Origin: an uncultured Gemmatimonadaceae bacterium
GTDB taxonomy: Bacteria > Gemmatimonadota > Gemmatimonadetes > Gemmatimonadales > Gemmatimonadaceae
Direction: 5' to 3'
DNA: 64,000 nt
NCBI GenBank assembly: GCA_963761305.1
Contig: CAVXGK010000001.1
Span: forward strand, 1,184,001 to 1,248,000
How positions within the stretch are numbered: the stretch's first letter is position 1; each line of letters starts with the position of its first letter. The translations under genes were made by a program, and so were the position numbers. Positions 9,872 to 18,977 of this stretch are shown here, piece by piece. A model generated the notes under the pieces. That model was not told where the DNA came from, did no database searches, and saw only the letters and a program-made list of their open reading frames with translations.

Positions 9872-10084
9872 CGGCGCCAGCGACTCAAGCAGTTCTGCGC
9901 GAACACGTTCCGGGACGATTTGGGGCCTTCGCAATTCGCGACGGCCCTTTCTTGTTCTGAGTCGCCGGCGGTCGAGACCTGACCGCGAACGCACCCGTCG
10001 TGAGGGAGTCACGAATCCTGTGGGTCGGTTTGTACGGCGCGCCCGCTACTCCGACGACACAACAACAACTTTTTGGAGTTTGCA

Positions 10085-10300
10085 ATGGCACGTACGACCG
10101 GCACCGTGAAGTGGTTCAACGACGCGAAAGGCTACGGCTTCATCACGCCCGAGGGCGGGCAGAAGGATTGCTTCGTCCATCATTCCGCGATTCAGGGCGG
10201 TGGCTTCCGCACGCTGGCCGAAGGCGAGCGCGTGGAGTTCGACATCGTCCAGGGTGCCAAGGGCCCCGCTGCCGAAAACGTTACGAAGGTCGGCCGCTAA
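10085..10300 (+). CDS. cspA: Cold-shock protein (CspA family)
   Basis: [15 protein letters not shown] (RNP1) and CFVHHSAI (RNP2); GGAG RBS. Exact paralog name uncertain. Confidence 0.95.
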   Translation: MARTTGTVKWFNDAKGYGFITPEGGQKDCFVHHSAIQGGGFRTLAEGERVEFDIVQGAKGPAAENVTKVGR

Positions 10301-10312
10301 GGTCTCCTCGAG

Positions 10313-10360
10313 AACAACTGCGCCGGATCGACTCCTGTCGGTCCGGCGCGGTCGTTTTTT
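10313..10360 (+). terminator. Rho-independent terminator
   Basis: Stem cgccggatcgac-tcct-gtcggtccggcg extended by flanking pairs, followed by TTTTTT, just after the csp stop. Confidence 0.85.
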
Positions 10361-10363
10361 CGG

Positions 10364-10588
10364 TCATGACCGCCGGAATCTCGCTCGCCGAAGCTTCTTC
10401 ATGATGGTGGCGACGATGATCAGCGTCACCACGACCCACACGGCGACGAAGGTCTCCTGCGTCTTCTCCGGCCGATCGGCGATATGCATCCCGTAATAGA
10501 TGCCGAGCACAACCGCGTCGAGCGCCACTACGGCGACGACGAGGACGAGGAGATACTTCCGGACTTCCTGGACGTTGACGCTAGGCAT
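10364..10588 (-). CDS. Small two-TM membrane protein
   Basis: 74 aa, two hydrophobic helices and a basic tail. Confidence 0.65.
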   Translation of the reverse strand: MPSVNVQEVRKYLLVLVVAVVALDAVVLGIYYGMHIADRPEKTQETFVAVWVVVTLIIVATIMKKLRRARFRRS

Positions 10589-10620
10589 TCATCAGTGCGG
10601 TCAGTGAAGTAAGATATCGC

Positions 10621-11298
10621 GTGGCCCGGCCCCTTCCCGCTATCCTCTTCGACCTCGACGGAACGCTCCTCGATTCCATCGAGCTCATCCTCTCGTCCGC
10701 GCGCTATGCCTTCGGCAAGCTCGGGCGCGACTGCCCGTCCGACCAGGAATGGCTCCAGGGCGTAGGCATTCCGCTCTTCACGATGTTCGGCCGCTACGCC
10801 CGCGACGACGCCGATCGCGCCGCGCTGATCGCCGCATACCGCGAACACCAGTTCGCGCACCACGACCGGCTCGTAAAACCGTACGACGGCGTCCACGATC
10901 TCCTCGCCACCCTTCAGTCGCGGGGGCACGACCTGGCCGTCGTCACCAGCAAGTCCGAGTACCTCGCGATGCGCGGGCTCTCGCACGGAAAGCTCGCGCG
11001 CTTCTTCGATACTGTCGTCGGCTGCGACTCGACCACACGACACAAGCCGGACCCCGAACCCGTACGGTTGGCACTGCACCGGCTCTCCCGCGATCCGAGC
11101 GACGCGGTCTTCGTCGGCGACTCGGTGCACGATGTCATCGCCGGCAACGCGGCCGGCGTCGCCACCATCGCGGCACTCTGGGGAGCGTTCGCCAAAAAGG
11201 ACCTCGAGCCCGGTAGCCCAACCGCATGGGCCGAAAACGTTTCCGAGATCGTCGGCTTGCTGGATAGCCATCCCACGGGCAGCGTCCTCCTGCGGTGA
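10621..11298 (+). CDS. HAD-IA hydrolase (PpaX/phosphoglycolate phosphatase-like)
   Basis: FDLDGTLLDS, VVTSK, KPDPEP, FVGDSVHD motifs. Confidence 0.92.
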   Translation: MARPLPAILFDLDGTLLDSIELILSSARYAFGKLGRDCPSDQEWLQGVGIPLFTMFGRYARDDADRAALIAAYREHQFAHHDRLVKPYDGVHDLLATLQSRGHDLAVVTSKSEYLAMRGLSHGKLARFFDTVVGCDSTTRHKPDPEPVRLALHRLSRDPSDAVFVGDSVHDVIAGNAAGVATIAALWGAFAKKDLEPGSPTAWAENVSEIVGLLDSHPTGSVLLR

Positions 11299-11317
11299 CA
11301 AAACCGCCCGTGTCTTT

Positions 11318-11346
11318 CAAACCTTCCTCGACGTGGCACCATCCAA
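11318..11346 (+). promoter_or_regulatory. Putative ECF-type promoter upstream of the sigma gene
   Basis: CAAACC-17-ATCCAA; similar to CAAACC-17-GTCTAG at 13754-13782. Confidence 0.4.
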
Positions 11347-11375
11347 GTCAGCAAGCGGATGGAGCGTCCACGCAA

Positions 11376-11954
11376 ATGGCTGCAGTGGCCATCATCGAAG
11401 CACAGTCGGGCCCATTTGGCGGCAGCGATTCGGACGTCGCGCAAGCGGCGGCCGGGGACCGTGGTGCGTTCGAACGCGTCTATCGCCTGCACGTCAACCG
11501 GGTGTTCTCCCTATGTGCCCGGATGACCGGCGACCGGACGCGGGCCGAAGAGCTGACCCAGGACGTCTTTGTCCGTGCGTGGGAAAAACTGAAGCTGTTT
11601 CGCGGTGAAAGCTCCTTCGGGACGTGGCTGCACCGGCTGACTGTCAACGTGGTACTCAACGCACGCAAGACGGACAGCCGCCAGCGGTCGCGGGTCGAGG
11701 AGATCGACGACGATGAGGGTGGGATCGACGCGATTCCTGGGGTCGTGGGATCCCCGCTCGCTCCCGGCGATCTTCTCGACCTCGAAGAAGCGATCACCAA
11801 ACTGCCACCGGGCGCGCGACGCGTGTTCGTGTTGCACGACGTCGAAGGCTACAAGCACGAAGAGATCGCCGAGATGCTCGGCGTGACATCGGGAGCCACC
11901 AAGGCGCAGCTGCACCGCGCTCGGCTCCTGTTGCGGGAGGCACTGAATCGATGA
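11376..11954 (+). CDS. ECF RNA polymerase sigma factor
   Basis: AEELTQDVFVRAWEKL...FRGESSFGTWLHRL (region 2); LHDVEGYKHEEIAEMLG...KAQLHRAR (region 4). Confidence 0.93.
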   Translation: MAAVAIIEAQSGPFGGSDSDVAQAAAGDRGAFERVYRLHVNRVFSLCARMTGDRTRAEELTQDVFVRAWEKLKLFRGESSFGTWLHRLTVNVVLNARKTDSRQRSRVEEIDDDEGGIDAIPGVVGSPLAPGDLLDLEEAITKLPPGARRVFVLHDVEGYKHEEIAEMLGVTSGATKAQLHRARLLLREALNR

Positions 11955-12780
11955 CGCATCCGACAATCAGCTGTGAGCGGTTCAACGAACAGCTCGCCGA
12001 GTTCTTCGAGCGAGCCGTGATCGGAGCCGATGCGCGCCGCGATGGAATCGCACGCCGTGAAATGCGACGATTGCGGTCCGCTGCTCGCCGACCTGCGCCG
12101 CCTCCGCATCGACGCGACGAATCTTCCCGAGCTGGCGCCGAGCCGCGATCTGTGGTCCGGCATCGCCGACCGCATCGAGGCGCCGGTTTTCTCGCTCCAC
12201 GGAGCGCGCGCGTCTCGCCGTCGCATTGGACGAACCCGATCTTCGTGAGCCTCGCCGCCGCGGGACTCGTCGCGATCACGGCGACGATAACGCATAAGGT
12301 GGACGGTGGACCACGAGCCGGTGGACCGGTGGACCGGTCGACCGGTGGACGGCAAACAAACAGCGCTCTGCGCGACAACGCCTGTGAAGTCGGCGCCCGC
12401 CGCGGTGGCATCAGCGCCTGAGTCAAGTTCACCCGCCGTCCAGCCGTCCGAGGTTTCCGGTCCACTGAGTCCACCGATCCACCGCTCAACCCGTCCACCC
12501 GGTCCACCTCGCGTCCAACAAGCCGTCCGCCGAGCAGACGTACGACCGCGAGATCGCGCGACTGCTCGTCGTTTACAACCAGCGACGTCCTCAGCTCGAC
12601 TCGTCGACGGTTGCGGTCGTCCGAAAGAACCTCAAGATCATCGACGACGCGATCGCGCAGACCAAGGTCGCGCTGCGGCGCGATCCGGCGAGTCAGTTCC
12701 TGATGGAATCCCTCAACGACGCGTTCGACACCAAGGTTCAGCTGCTCCGCAAAGTGGCGATGCTGCCATCGGGCACGTGA
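11951..12780 (+). CDS. Zinc-finger (HxxxCxxC) transmembrane anti-sigma factor, about four frameshifts
   Basis: ATGA overlap with sigma; ESHAVKCDDC motif, TM segment VSLAAAGLVAITATI, C-terminal helical domain KNLKIIDDAIAQ...DP ending TGA at 12780; pieces lie in different frames. Confidence 0.8.
12298..12517. repeat. Two oppositely oriented octamer arrays inside the anti-sigma linker
   Basis: CGGTGGAC-type units at 12298-12350; GTCCACCG-type degenerate units at 12458-12517. Confidence 0.75.
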
Positions 12781-12790
12781 GCATTCTCAG

Positions 12791-13741
12791 ATGACCACGC
12801 ACGACCTTCCGCGGCGACGCCGCCGCGCGTTCATGCTTCTCGCGTTTGCCGCGCTCGCCGTCGTCACGCCGTCCGGCCGAGCCGGCGCTCAGCGACGCAG
12901 TCGATCCAACGGCGCGCGCGAGACCGTCGACACCACGTTCGCGTTCGACAAGACCGGCACCGTCACGCTCAGCGCGACGAGCGGCGACATCATCGTCAAC
13001 GGCAGCACGGACGGACGGATCCACGTCCACGCCACCAGCGACAACGGCAACCTGAGCCTCGACGCATCGCCGTCTCGAGTCATCCTTCAGAACCGGAGCG
13101 GGGACTCGCGGTTCGAGGTTACCGTGCCCTACGGGGTGCAGGTCGTCGCCCGTAGCCAGTCCGGCGACATGACGATTCGCGACACGCGCGGCGCGGTCGA
13201 GGCACACGTCACCTCCGGCGACCTCGAGGTGGAGGGCGTGAACGGCCGCCTCGAAGTCAACACCCTCTCCGGCGGCATCACGGTGCGGGACGTCACGGGC
13301 GACGTCGACGTCGTCACCACCAGCGGCGACGTGAAGATCTTCAACCTGCTCGGCAGCGCCGACGTTGGCACCGTGAGTGGTGACGTCGAACTTCGCGGCG
13401 TGACCGGCAAGAGCATGCGCGCCAAGACGACGTCGGGAGACGTGCGATTCGACGGACTCATCGATGCGGCCGGGCGCTACGACTTTACGACGCATTCGGG
13501 CGACGTGGAGCTGCACGTCCAGCGCGACGCCAGTGCACAGCTCACCGTCTCCACGTGGAACGGCGGCGTCACCAGCGATTTCCCGATCACGCTCACGCCT
13601 GGCGACCACGCGATCGGTTCGGCGGTGGGCAAGCGCTACACGTTCGCGATCGGCGGCGGCGGCGCCCGCATTTCGGCCGAGACGTTCAGCGGGGACATCA
13701 CGCTGGTCGCGAACGGACACGGCGCCACGCCGCGCCGCTGA
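12791..13741 (+). CDS. DUF4097 family beta-strand repeat protein, exported
   Basis: Signal-like N-terminus; many (T/V)SGD(I/V/L) repeats. Confidence 0.88.
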   Translation: MTTHDLPRRRRRAFMLLAFAALAVVTPSGRAGAQRRSRSNGARETVDTTFAFDKTGTVTLSATSGDIIVNGSTDGRIHVHATSDNGNLSLDASPSRVILQNRSGDSRFEVTVPYGVQVVARSQSGDMTIRDTRGAVEAHVTSGDLEVEGVNGRLEVNTLSGGITVRDVTGDVDVVTTSGDVKIFNLLGSADVGTVSGDVELRGVTGKSMRAKTTSGDVRFDGLIDAAGRYDFTTHSGDVELHVQRDASAQLTVSTWNGGVTSDFPITLTPGDHAIGSAVGKRYTFAIGGGGARISAETFSGDITLVANGHGATPRR

Positions 13742-13753
13742 CCGGCCTCGCTG

Positions 13754-13782
13754 CAAACCTCTGGGCCACTCCTGCTGTCTAG
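13754..13782 (+). promoter_or_regulatory. Putative ECF-type internal promoter
   Basis: CAAACC-17-GTCTAG in the intergenic gap before the second DUF4097 gene. Confidence 0.4.
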
Positions 13783-13832
13783 CTGACAAGCTGTCCAGCC
13801 GTCACGCTATCCACCTGTCACCCGTCCACCCG
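13778..13832. repeat. Degenerate octamer array
   Basis: tctagctg acaagctg tccagccg tcacgcta tccacctg tcacccg tccacccg; about 8-bp period ending just before the ATG. Confidence 0.55.
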
Positions 13833-13835
13833 ACT

Positions 13836-14621
13836 ATGCGCCGCCTCCTCCCCGCACTCGTCATCGCCGCAGCGCCCGTCGCATCGCTCGCCGCGCAGAA
13901 TCCCGACTATCACTGGGACAAGACGCTGGCCGCCGGCGGCGAAGTCCACGTCGAGAACATCAACGGCAACGTGAAGATCACGCCGTCCACCAACGGCCAC
14001 ATCGTAGTGAACGGGTTCAAGCGCGGCGGCCGCGATACCGACCGCATCAAGGCCGTCATCGACGAGTCATCGCACAGCCTCACCGTCTGCGTCGTCTATG
14101 ATGACCCGGACTCTCGTTGTGACGACGAAGGCTACCATTCACGCGGCGGCCACCGCGATTGGAACAACGCGCGCATCGACCTCGAGGTGTCCGTGCCCGC
14201 CGACCTGATGGTGTCTGCCGGGTCGGTGAGCGGCGACGTGTCGATCGACGGCGCGCACGGCGACGTCAGGGCGTCGACGGTGAGCGGCGACCTTCGCCTC
14301 GACCGTCTGCACGCTACTTCGATCGAGGCCAAATCGGTGAGCGGCACGATCGACGTCCGCGTCGACGAGCTCGCGGGGCGCGGCGACTTCACCTTCCACA
14401 CGGTGAGCGGCGACGTCACCCTCGAAGTGCCCAAGGGCTTTGGCGCCGATCTCTCCATGAGCACCGTGAGCGGCGACATCAACAGCGATTTCCCGGTCAC
14501 GCTGGGAGGCTCGAGCCGGTGGAGCCGGCGTCGCGTCGACGCCCGCATCGGTGACGGCGGCCGGCGACTCGACGTGAGCACCGTAAGTGGCGACCTTAGA
14601 CTCCGCATGGCGAAATCGTAG
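13836..14621 (+). CDS. DUF4097 family beta-strand repeat protein, exported
   Basis: Signal peptide MRRLLPALVIAAAPVASLAA; repeated TVSGD motifs. Confidence 0.88.
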   Translation: MRRLLPALVIAAAPVASLAAQNPDYHWDKTLAAGGEVHVENINGNVKITPSTNGHIVVNGFKRGGRDTDRIKAVIDESSHSLTVCVVYDDPDSRCDDEGYHSRGGHRDWNNARIDLEVSVPADLMVSAGSVSGDVSIDGAHGDVRASTVSGDLRLDRLHATSIEAKSVSGTIDVRVDELAGRGDFTFHTVSGDVTLEVPKGFGADLSMSTVSGDINSDFPVTLGGSSRWSRRRVDARIGDGGRRLDVSTVSGDLRLRMAKS

Positions 14622-14630
14622 TTCGCCTGT

Positions 14631-14666
14631 GCGGTCCATCGGTCCACCCGTACACCCGTTCACCTG
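14631..14666. repeat. Degenerate octamer array
   Basis: gcggtccatcggtccacccgtacacccgttcacctg fills the intergenic gap. Confidence 0.65.
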
Positions 14667-14671
14667 ATTTC

Positions 14672-15457
14672 ATGCGCCTCACACTCGGCTCGCTCGCCCT
14701 CGTGGCGAGCCTCGCTCTGCCCGCCGCCGGGCAGGCCCGCCAAACGGACGACAGTTTCAAGTGGTCGGGACCGGTTCCCGCCGGAAGCTGGATCCAAGTC
14801 AGCAACATGAACGGCGGCGTCACCGTCGGCGCGGCCAGTGGGTCGGAGGTGCAGGTCACAGCGACAAAACGGTGGCGGCGCGGCGACCCGGCGACGGTGC
14901 GCATCGAGACGAAAAAGGTCGGCGACAACGTCGTCGTTTGCGCGCTATGGGGCGAACGCTCGTCGTGCGACGAGCGCGGCTCGCACCACAGTGAGAACAG
15001 CGGCAGCCGCAACGACGTCAGCGTCGACTTCAACGTGCTCGTGCCGCGCGGCGTGAAGGTCAACGTGGGTACGGCCAACGGATCGGTGACGGTGGATGGA
15101 GCGACTTCCGAGGTCGAAGCCATGACCGTGAACGGCGAGGTGAATGTCACGACGAGCGGCGGACCGGTAAACGCCGCGACGACGAACGGCAGCGTGCGTG
15201 TGCGGATGGGGCACGTCGACGCCGCCGATCGGATGTCGTTCGGCACGGTGAACGGCAGCGTTACGGTCGAGTTCCCTGGCGACTTCAACGGCGACGTGGA
15301 CCTGTCGACCGTGAACGGCTCGCTCAACACGAACTTCGAGATGACGTTGAGCGGCCGGCTGGACCCGAAGCATCTCCGTGCGCACATCGGCAAGCCCGGC
15401 GAGGCCCGGATGAGGCTCGAGACCGTCAACGGAAACGTCGAGCTGCGTAAGCGTTAG
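14672..15457 (+). CDS. DUF4097 family beta-strand repeat protein, exported
   Basis: Signal peptide; repeated TVNG motifs. Confidence 0.88.
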   Translation: MRLTLGSLALVASLALPAAGQARQTDDSFKWSGPVPAGSWIQVSNMNGGVTVGAASGSEVQVTATKRWRRGDPATVRIETKKVGDNVVVCALWGERSSCDERGSHHSENSGSRNDVSVDFNVLVPRGVKVNVGTANGSVTVDGATSEVEAMTVNGEVNVTTSGGPVNAATTNGSVRVRMGHVDAADRMSFGTVNGSVTVEFPGDFNGDVDLSTVNGSLNTNFEMTLSGRLDPKHLRAHIGKPGEARMRLETVNGNVELRKR

Positions 15458-15545
15458 GCGCCGCCGCTGTCGGTCGGAACTTTCCGATTGACGGCCCCGT
15501 AGGTTTCCTGTCGCGCGAGAGGTCTACCGACAGGAGATTGTGTCA

Positions 15546-16382
15546 ATGCAACGAGCCGGCTTTCTAGTCCTCGCCATGGCGGCATTGGCCGCCGGTTGTT
15601 CACACGCCGGCTCGAGCGAGCGCGCCTGGGAGACCTCGCTCGACCTTCCGCCGGGCGCGACCGTGCATCTGCGCAACGGCGTCGGCGACATCACGGTGCG
15701 TCAGGCAACCCCAGGCGTACACACCGCGACGCTCACGGCGGCCGTCGAATGGCGTCGCGGGCGAGAAAAGGACGTGGCTTTCCGAATCGACCACGAAGGC
15801 AACGACTATTACGTCTGCGCCATGTGGAAGGGCAGCGGGAACTGCGGCGCGAGCGGATATCGCGGCCGCAGCAGATCGGGCGGCTTGCTCGAGATGTTCG
15901 CGCTGTTCCATCGGTCGAGCGACGCGGTCGCGAACATCGTTGCTCAATTGCCGGCCGACGTGATCGTCGATGCGAAGACGACCAGCGGCTCGGTTGACGT
16001 GGAGGGCGCGTCGTCCGGTGTAACAGCCAAGACGAGCAACGGCACGGTGACTGCGTCGCACGTGTCCGGCCCGATGACCCTGAGCACGATCAACGGCAAC
16101 GTTCGTCTGTCTCTCGATGCCGCGGCGGCGAGCGATTCGATACACCTCCAGACGACGAACGGCATGATCAACGCCGAGCTTCCTCAGGGGATCGACGGCA
16201 TGTTCGACCTGTCCGTGACGAATGGTGTGGTCCGGACGGACCTTCCGATCAACAACCAAAAGGCCGATCGCGCCGGACGCCGTCTGCGCGGTCAAATCGG
16301 CACGTCGAGCCGGGTGGTCCGGATGCGCACCACCAACGGCACGCTCTCCGTGACCAGCAGGGGCGCTACGACGTCGCACTAG
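15546..16382 (+). CDS. DUF4097 family beta-strand repeat lipoprotein
   Basis: AGGAG RBS (start could be GTG 15540); LAAGC lipobox; repeated TTNG/TSNG motifs. Confidence 0.85.
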   Translation: MQRAGFLVLAMAALAAGCSHAGSSERAWETSLDLPPGATVHLRNGVGDITVRQATPGVHTATLTAAVEWRRGREKDVAFRIDHEGNDYYVCAMWKGSGNCGASGYRGRSRSGGLLEMFALFHRSSDAVANIVAQLPADVIVDAKTTSGSVDVEGASSGVTAKTSNGTVTASHVSGPMTLSTINGNVRLSLDAAAASDSIHLQTTNGMINAELPQGIDGMFDLSVTNGVVRTDLPINNQKADRAGRRLRGQIGTSSRVVRMRTTNGTLSVTSRGATTSH

Positions 16383-16504
16383 GAGCCGCGCCGGAGCCGG
16401 CGACGCTCGCCGGCGGGCTGCGTCTCGTCTGGCACCGCCCGCCCCGGCGGGGGTATTATTCGAGCGTAGTCCCTACCAGATCTCCAACGGAGTTTTCGAG
16501 ACCC

Positions 16505-17188
16505 ATGGGTTTCTCATACGCACCCGCGACCACTCAAGTCCGGACCGGCGTCGAGCGCGCGACTCTGGCGCGCCGCACCTACGGCTTGGTGTTCCTCAGC
16601 GTGCTCGTCACGATGGGCGGTGTCGCGTTCACCGGGACGCAGCCCGCACTTAGGGATGCGGTCGGGCAGCACCCGTTCCTGGCCTTGATCGCGGTGATGG
16701 CGCCGCTCTTTCTCGCGCAGAGGAACGCGCGGAGCTTTCCGCGCAACGTCATTCTCACGCTGCTGTTCACGTTCGTCGAAGGCGTATGGCTCGCGCCATT
16801 CCTGTACGCGATGCAGCAGACGGCCCCCGGGGCCGTTGGCCAGGCCGGGATTCTGACGTTCAGCGCGTTCGGCGCGCTTTCGCTGTATGCGCTGACGAGC
16901 CGCCGGGATTTCAGCGCGTGGGGCAGCTTCCTCACCGTCGGCCTGATCGTGCTCATCGTGGCGATGTTGATCAACGTCTTCGTCGCGAGCGTCGGCGCCT
17001 CTCTGTGGATGTCCGCCGTGGGCGTGTTGATCTTCGGCGGACTGCTGGTGTTCGACACGTGGCGCTTCATGCGCAGCGGCCGCTTCGGTCCGGACGACTA
17101 CGTTTTCGCCGCTGTCCAGATCTATCTCGATCTGCTGAACATGTTCGTCTTCATCCTGAGCCTTCTGGGCGGCGGCCGACGCCGATAG
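16505..17188 (+). CDS. Bax inhibitor-1/YccA family membrane protein
   Basis: Seven TM segments; RDFSAWGSFL and AAVQIYLDLLNMF signatures. Confidence 0.92.
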   Translation: MGFSYAPATTQVRTGVERATLARRTYGLVFLSVLVTMGGVAFTGTQPALRDAVGQHPFLALIAVMAPLFLAQRNARSFPRNVILTLLFTFVEGVWLAPFLYAMQQTAPGAVGQAGILTFSAFGALSLYALTSRRDFSAWGSFLTVGLIVLIVAMLINVFVASVGASLWMSAVGVLIFGGLLVFDTWRFMRSGRFGPDDYVFAAVQIYLDLLNMFVFILSLLGGGRRR

Positions 17189-17926
17189 TTGGCGCCTCCC
17201 GAGAAGCCGAGCATCGGATGCATCTTCGCGCATCCTGACGACGAAACGTTCTGTGTAGGCGGTATCGTCGCGAAGTACGCGTCGGCGGGACACGAGGTCC
17301 ATTTATGGTGTGCAACGGACGGGGATGCCGGCAAGAGTGCCGGCGTCCCCGTTTCGTCTCGAGAGGAGCTCGCCGCGCTCCGTCGCCGGGAGCTGGCCGA
17401 GGCGGCGCGCTTACTCGGCATATCGTCCGTCGAGTCGGGCGGCTATCGGGACGGAGGGCTCGCGCGCACCGACGCGGCGACGCTCATCGCCGACATCGTC
17501 AGCTTCATTCGGCGCAAACGCCCGACGGTGATCCTGACGTTCGGCCCCGAAGGCGCGCCGACGGGCCACGCGGACCACTCGGCGACGTCGCGCGTGGCGA
17601 CGGCCGCGTTCTTTCTGTCCGGACTCGCCACGTCCCACGTCGACCAGAATCTCGCACCGCATCGCGCCGCGAGGCTCTTCTACCACGCGTGGGATTTCCC
17701 ATTCCTCGAGAAGCGGCTCAAGCTCGAGAGCGTCCCCGGCACGGCTCGCATCGACGTCAGGGCGTGGAAGGACCGGAAGTCCGCCGCGTTCGCCGCGCAC
17801 GCGACGCAGCAAGGATCGGCGGCGGTGTTTTTCTCCGGCGCGTTTTTCGACGTCGAGATCCTGGCGCTCGCGGCGGGTGTGCCGCAGCCGGCGGTGATGA
17901 TCGACGACGTCTTTGCGGGGCTCTGA
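17189..17926 (+). CDS. PIG-L family deacetylase
   Basis: AHPDDE, TDGDAG, RRRE, GHADH motifs. Confidence 0.9.
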   Translation: MAPPEKPSIGCIFAHPDDETFCVGGIVAKYASAGHEVHLWCATDGDAGKSAGVPVSSREELAALRRRELAEAARLLGISSVESGGYRDGGLARTDAATLIADIVSFIRRKRPTVILTFGPEGAPTGHADHSATSRVATAAFFLSGLATSHVDQNLAPHRAARLFYHAWDFPFLEKRLKLESVPGTARIDVRAWKDRKSAAFAAHATQQGSAAVFFSGAFFDVEILALAAGVPQPAVMIDDVFAGL

Positions 17927-17931
17927 GGGGC

Positions 17932-18225
17932 CTACGTCGGCGCGCCGGTCACCGTCTCGATCTTCTCGGCCAGCCGCAGATCGGCTTCAGTGATCCCGCC
18001 CGCATCGTGCGTCGACAGCATGATGGTAATCTTGGTGTACCGAACGTCGATGTCGGGATGATGATTCATGTCGTCGGCGACTCTCGCCAGTCGATCGACG
18101 AAGCGAATGCCGTCCGCGAATCGGTCGAATGAAAAAGTCTTTGTGAGCACCGCGCCTCGGCGCGCCCAACCGGGAAGCCCCCCGAGCGCACGTTGAACCT
18201 CGAGATCGGAGAGTTTCTGTCGCAC
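17932..18225 (-). CDS. phhB: Pterin-4a-carbinolamine dehydratase
   Basis: MNHHPDI and STHDAGGITEAD motifs. Confidence 0.93.
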   Translation of the reverse strand: MRQKLSDLEVQRALGGLPGWARRGAVLTKTFSFDRFADGIRFVDRLARVADDMNHHPDIDVRYTKITIMLSTHDAGGITEADLRLAEKIETVTGAPT

Positions 18226-18270
18226 ATCGCCTCGCTGTTACGGGTCGACCGACGTCGGAGATACTACACC

Positions 18271-18873
18271 GTGCCGGGCCTTCGAGCCATTGCGGCCGGC
18301 GCATTTCTTCTTGTGGCGCACGCGCCGTGCCGAGCTCAGGACTCGACGGCTTCCACGGTCGGTTCGGCGTATTGGAGCCGCTTCGGCATCGGTGCAATCA
18401 CCAGCATTCTTCTGCACGAGGCCGGGCACATCGCGACGTCGATTGCGGTTGGCGCCCGCCCGACGTTCGGCTTCGACGATCTGCGGCCGACGATCTACTC
18501 GGGCATCAACTCGCATGTCGAGCCCCACAAGCAATTCCTCTTCTCGGCGTCGGGCCTCACCGTCCAGACGCTGATCGACGAGGGCATCCTTGACATCCCG
18601 CACTCGGGCGGCGGCGCATTCGAGCGCGGCATCCTCGGCGGCGGAATCGGTACGACGCTCTTCTATCTGACGATTGGCCGGACCGGTTCGGTGAGCGACG
18701 TCGACTTCATGGCGCGAACGCACGCGCTCACGAAGACCCAGGTCACGCTGATCTTCGGCAGCTTCGCGGCGATGCACACGATTCGGATCGCGAGAGACCC
18801 CAAGTACGCGAACTTCTTCGCGCGTCAGACGGCAGATGGGCGAATGGAGCTCGGGTTCGAGCTGAACAGATAG
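18271..18873 (+). CDS. Hypothetical membrane protein with HExxH motif (M50-like metallopeptidase?)
   Basis: Signal-like N-terminus from GTG 18271; LLHEAGH inside a hydrophobic segment; downstream SD motif. Confidence 0.5.
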   Translation: MPGLRAIAAGAFLLVAHAPCRAQDSTASTVGSAYWSRFGIGAITSILLHEAGHIATSIAVGARPTFGFDDLRPTIYSGINSHVEPHKQFLFSASGLTVQTLIDEGILDIPHSGGGAFERGILGGGIGTTLFYLTIGRTGSVSDVDFMARTHALTKTQVTLIFGSFAAMHTIRIARDPKYANFFARQTADGRMELGFELNR

Positions 18874-18874
18874 G

Positions 18875-18900
18875 TGGTGGACCGGTAGACCGGTGGACCG
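18875..18900. repeat. Octamer array (CGGTGGAC orientation)
   Basis: ggtggaccggtagaccggtggaccg right after the stop codon. Confidence 0.75.
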
Positions 18901-18909
18901 AGAGCAGGC

Positions 18910-18938
18910 TTGCGGCTTCGGTGTGTGTTCGGTAGTCT
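18910..18938 (+). promoter_or_regulatory. Sigma-70 promoter with candidate LexA (SOS) box in the spacer
   Basis: TTGCGG-[CTTCGGTGTGTGTTCGG]-TAGTCT; the 17-bp spacer is CTTC-N7-GTTC. Confidence 0.65.
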
Positions 18939-18977
18939 GTGTTGGAGGTCAGACGTCCGATTTCTACACGCCGAAGC

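Noticed and set aside
17932..18225. phhB without phenylalanine hydroxylase
   Set aside because: Orphan pterin dehydratases are common in bacteria.
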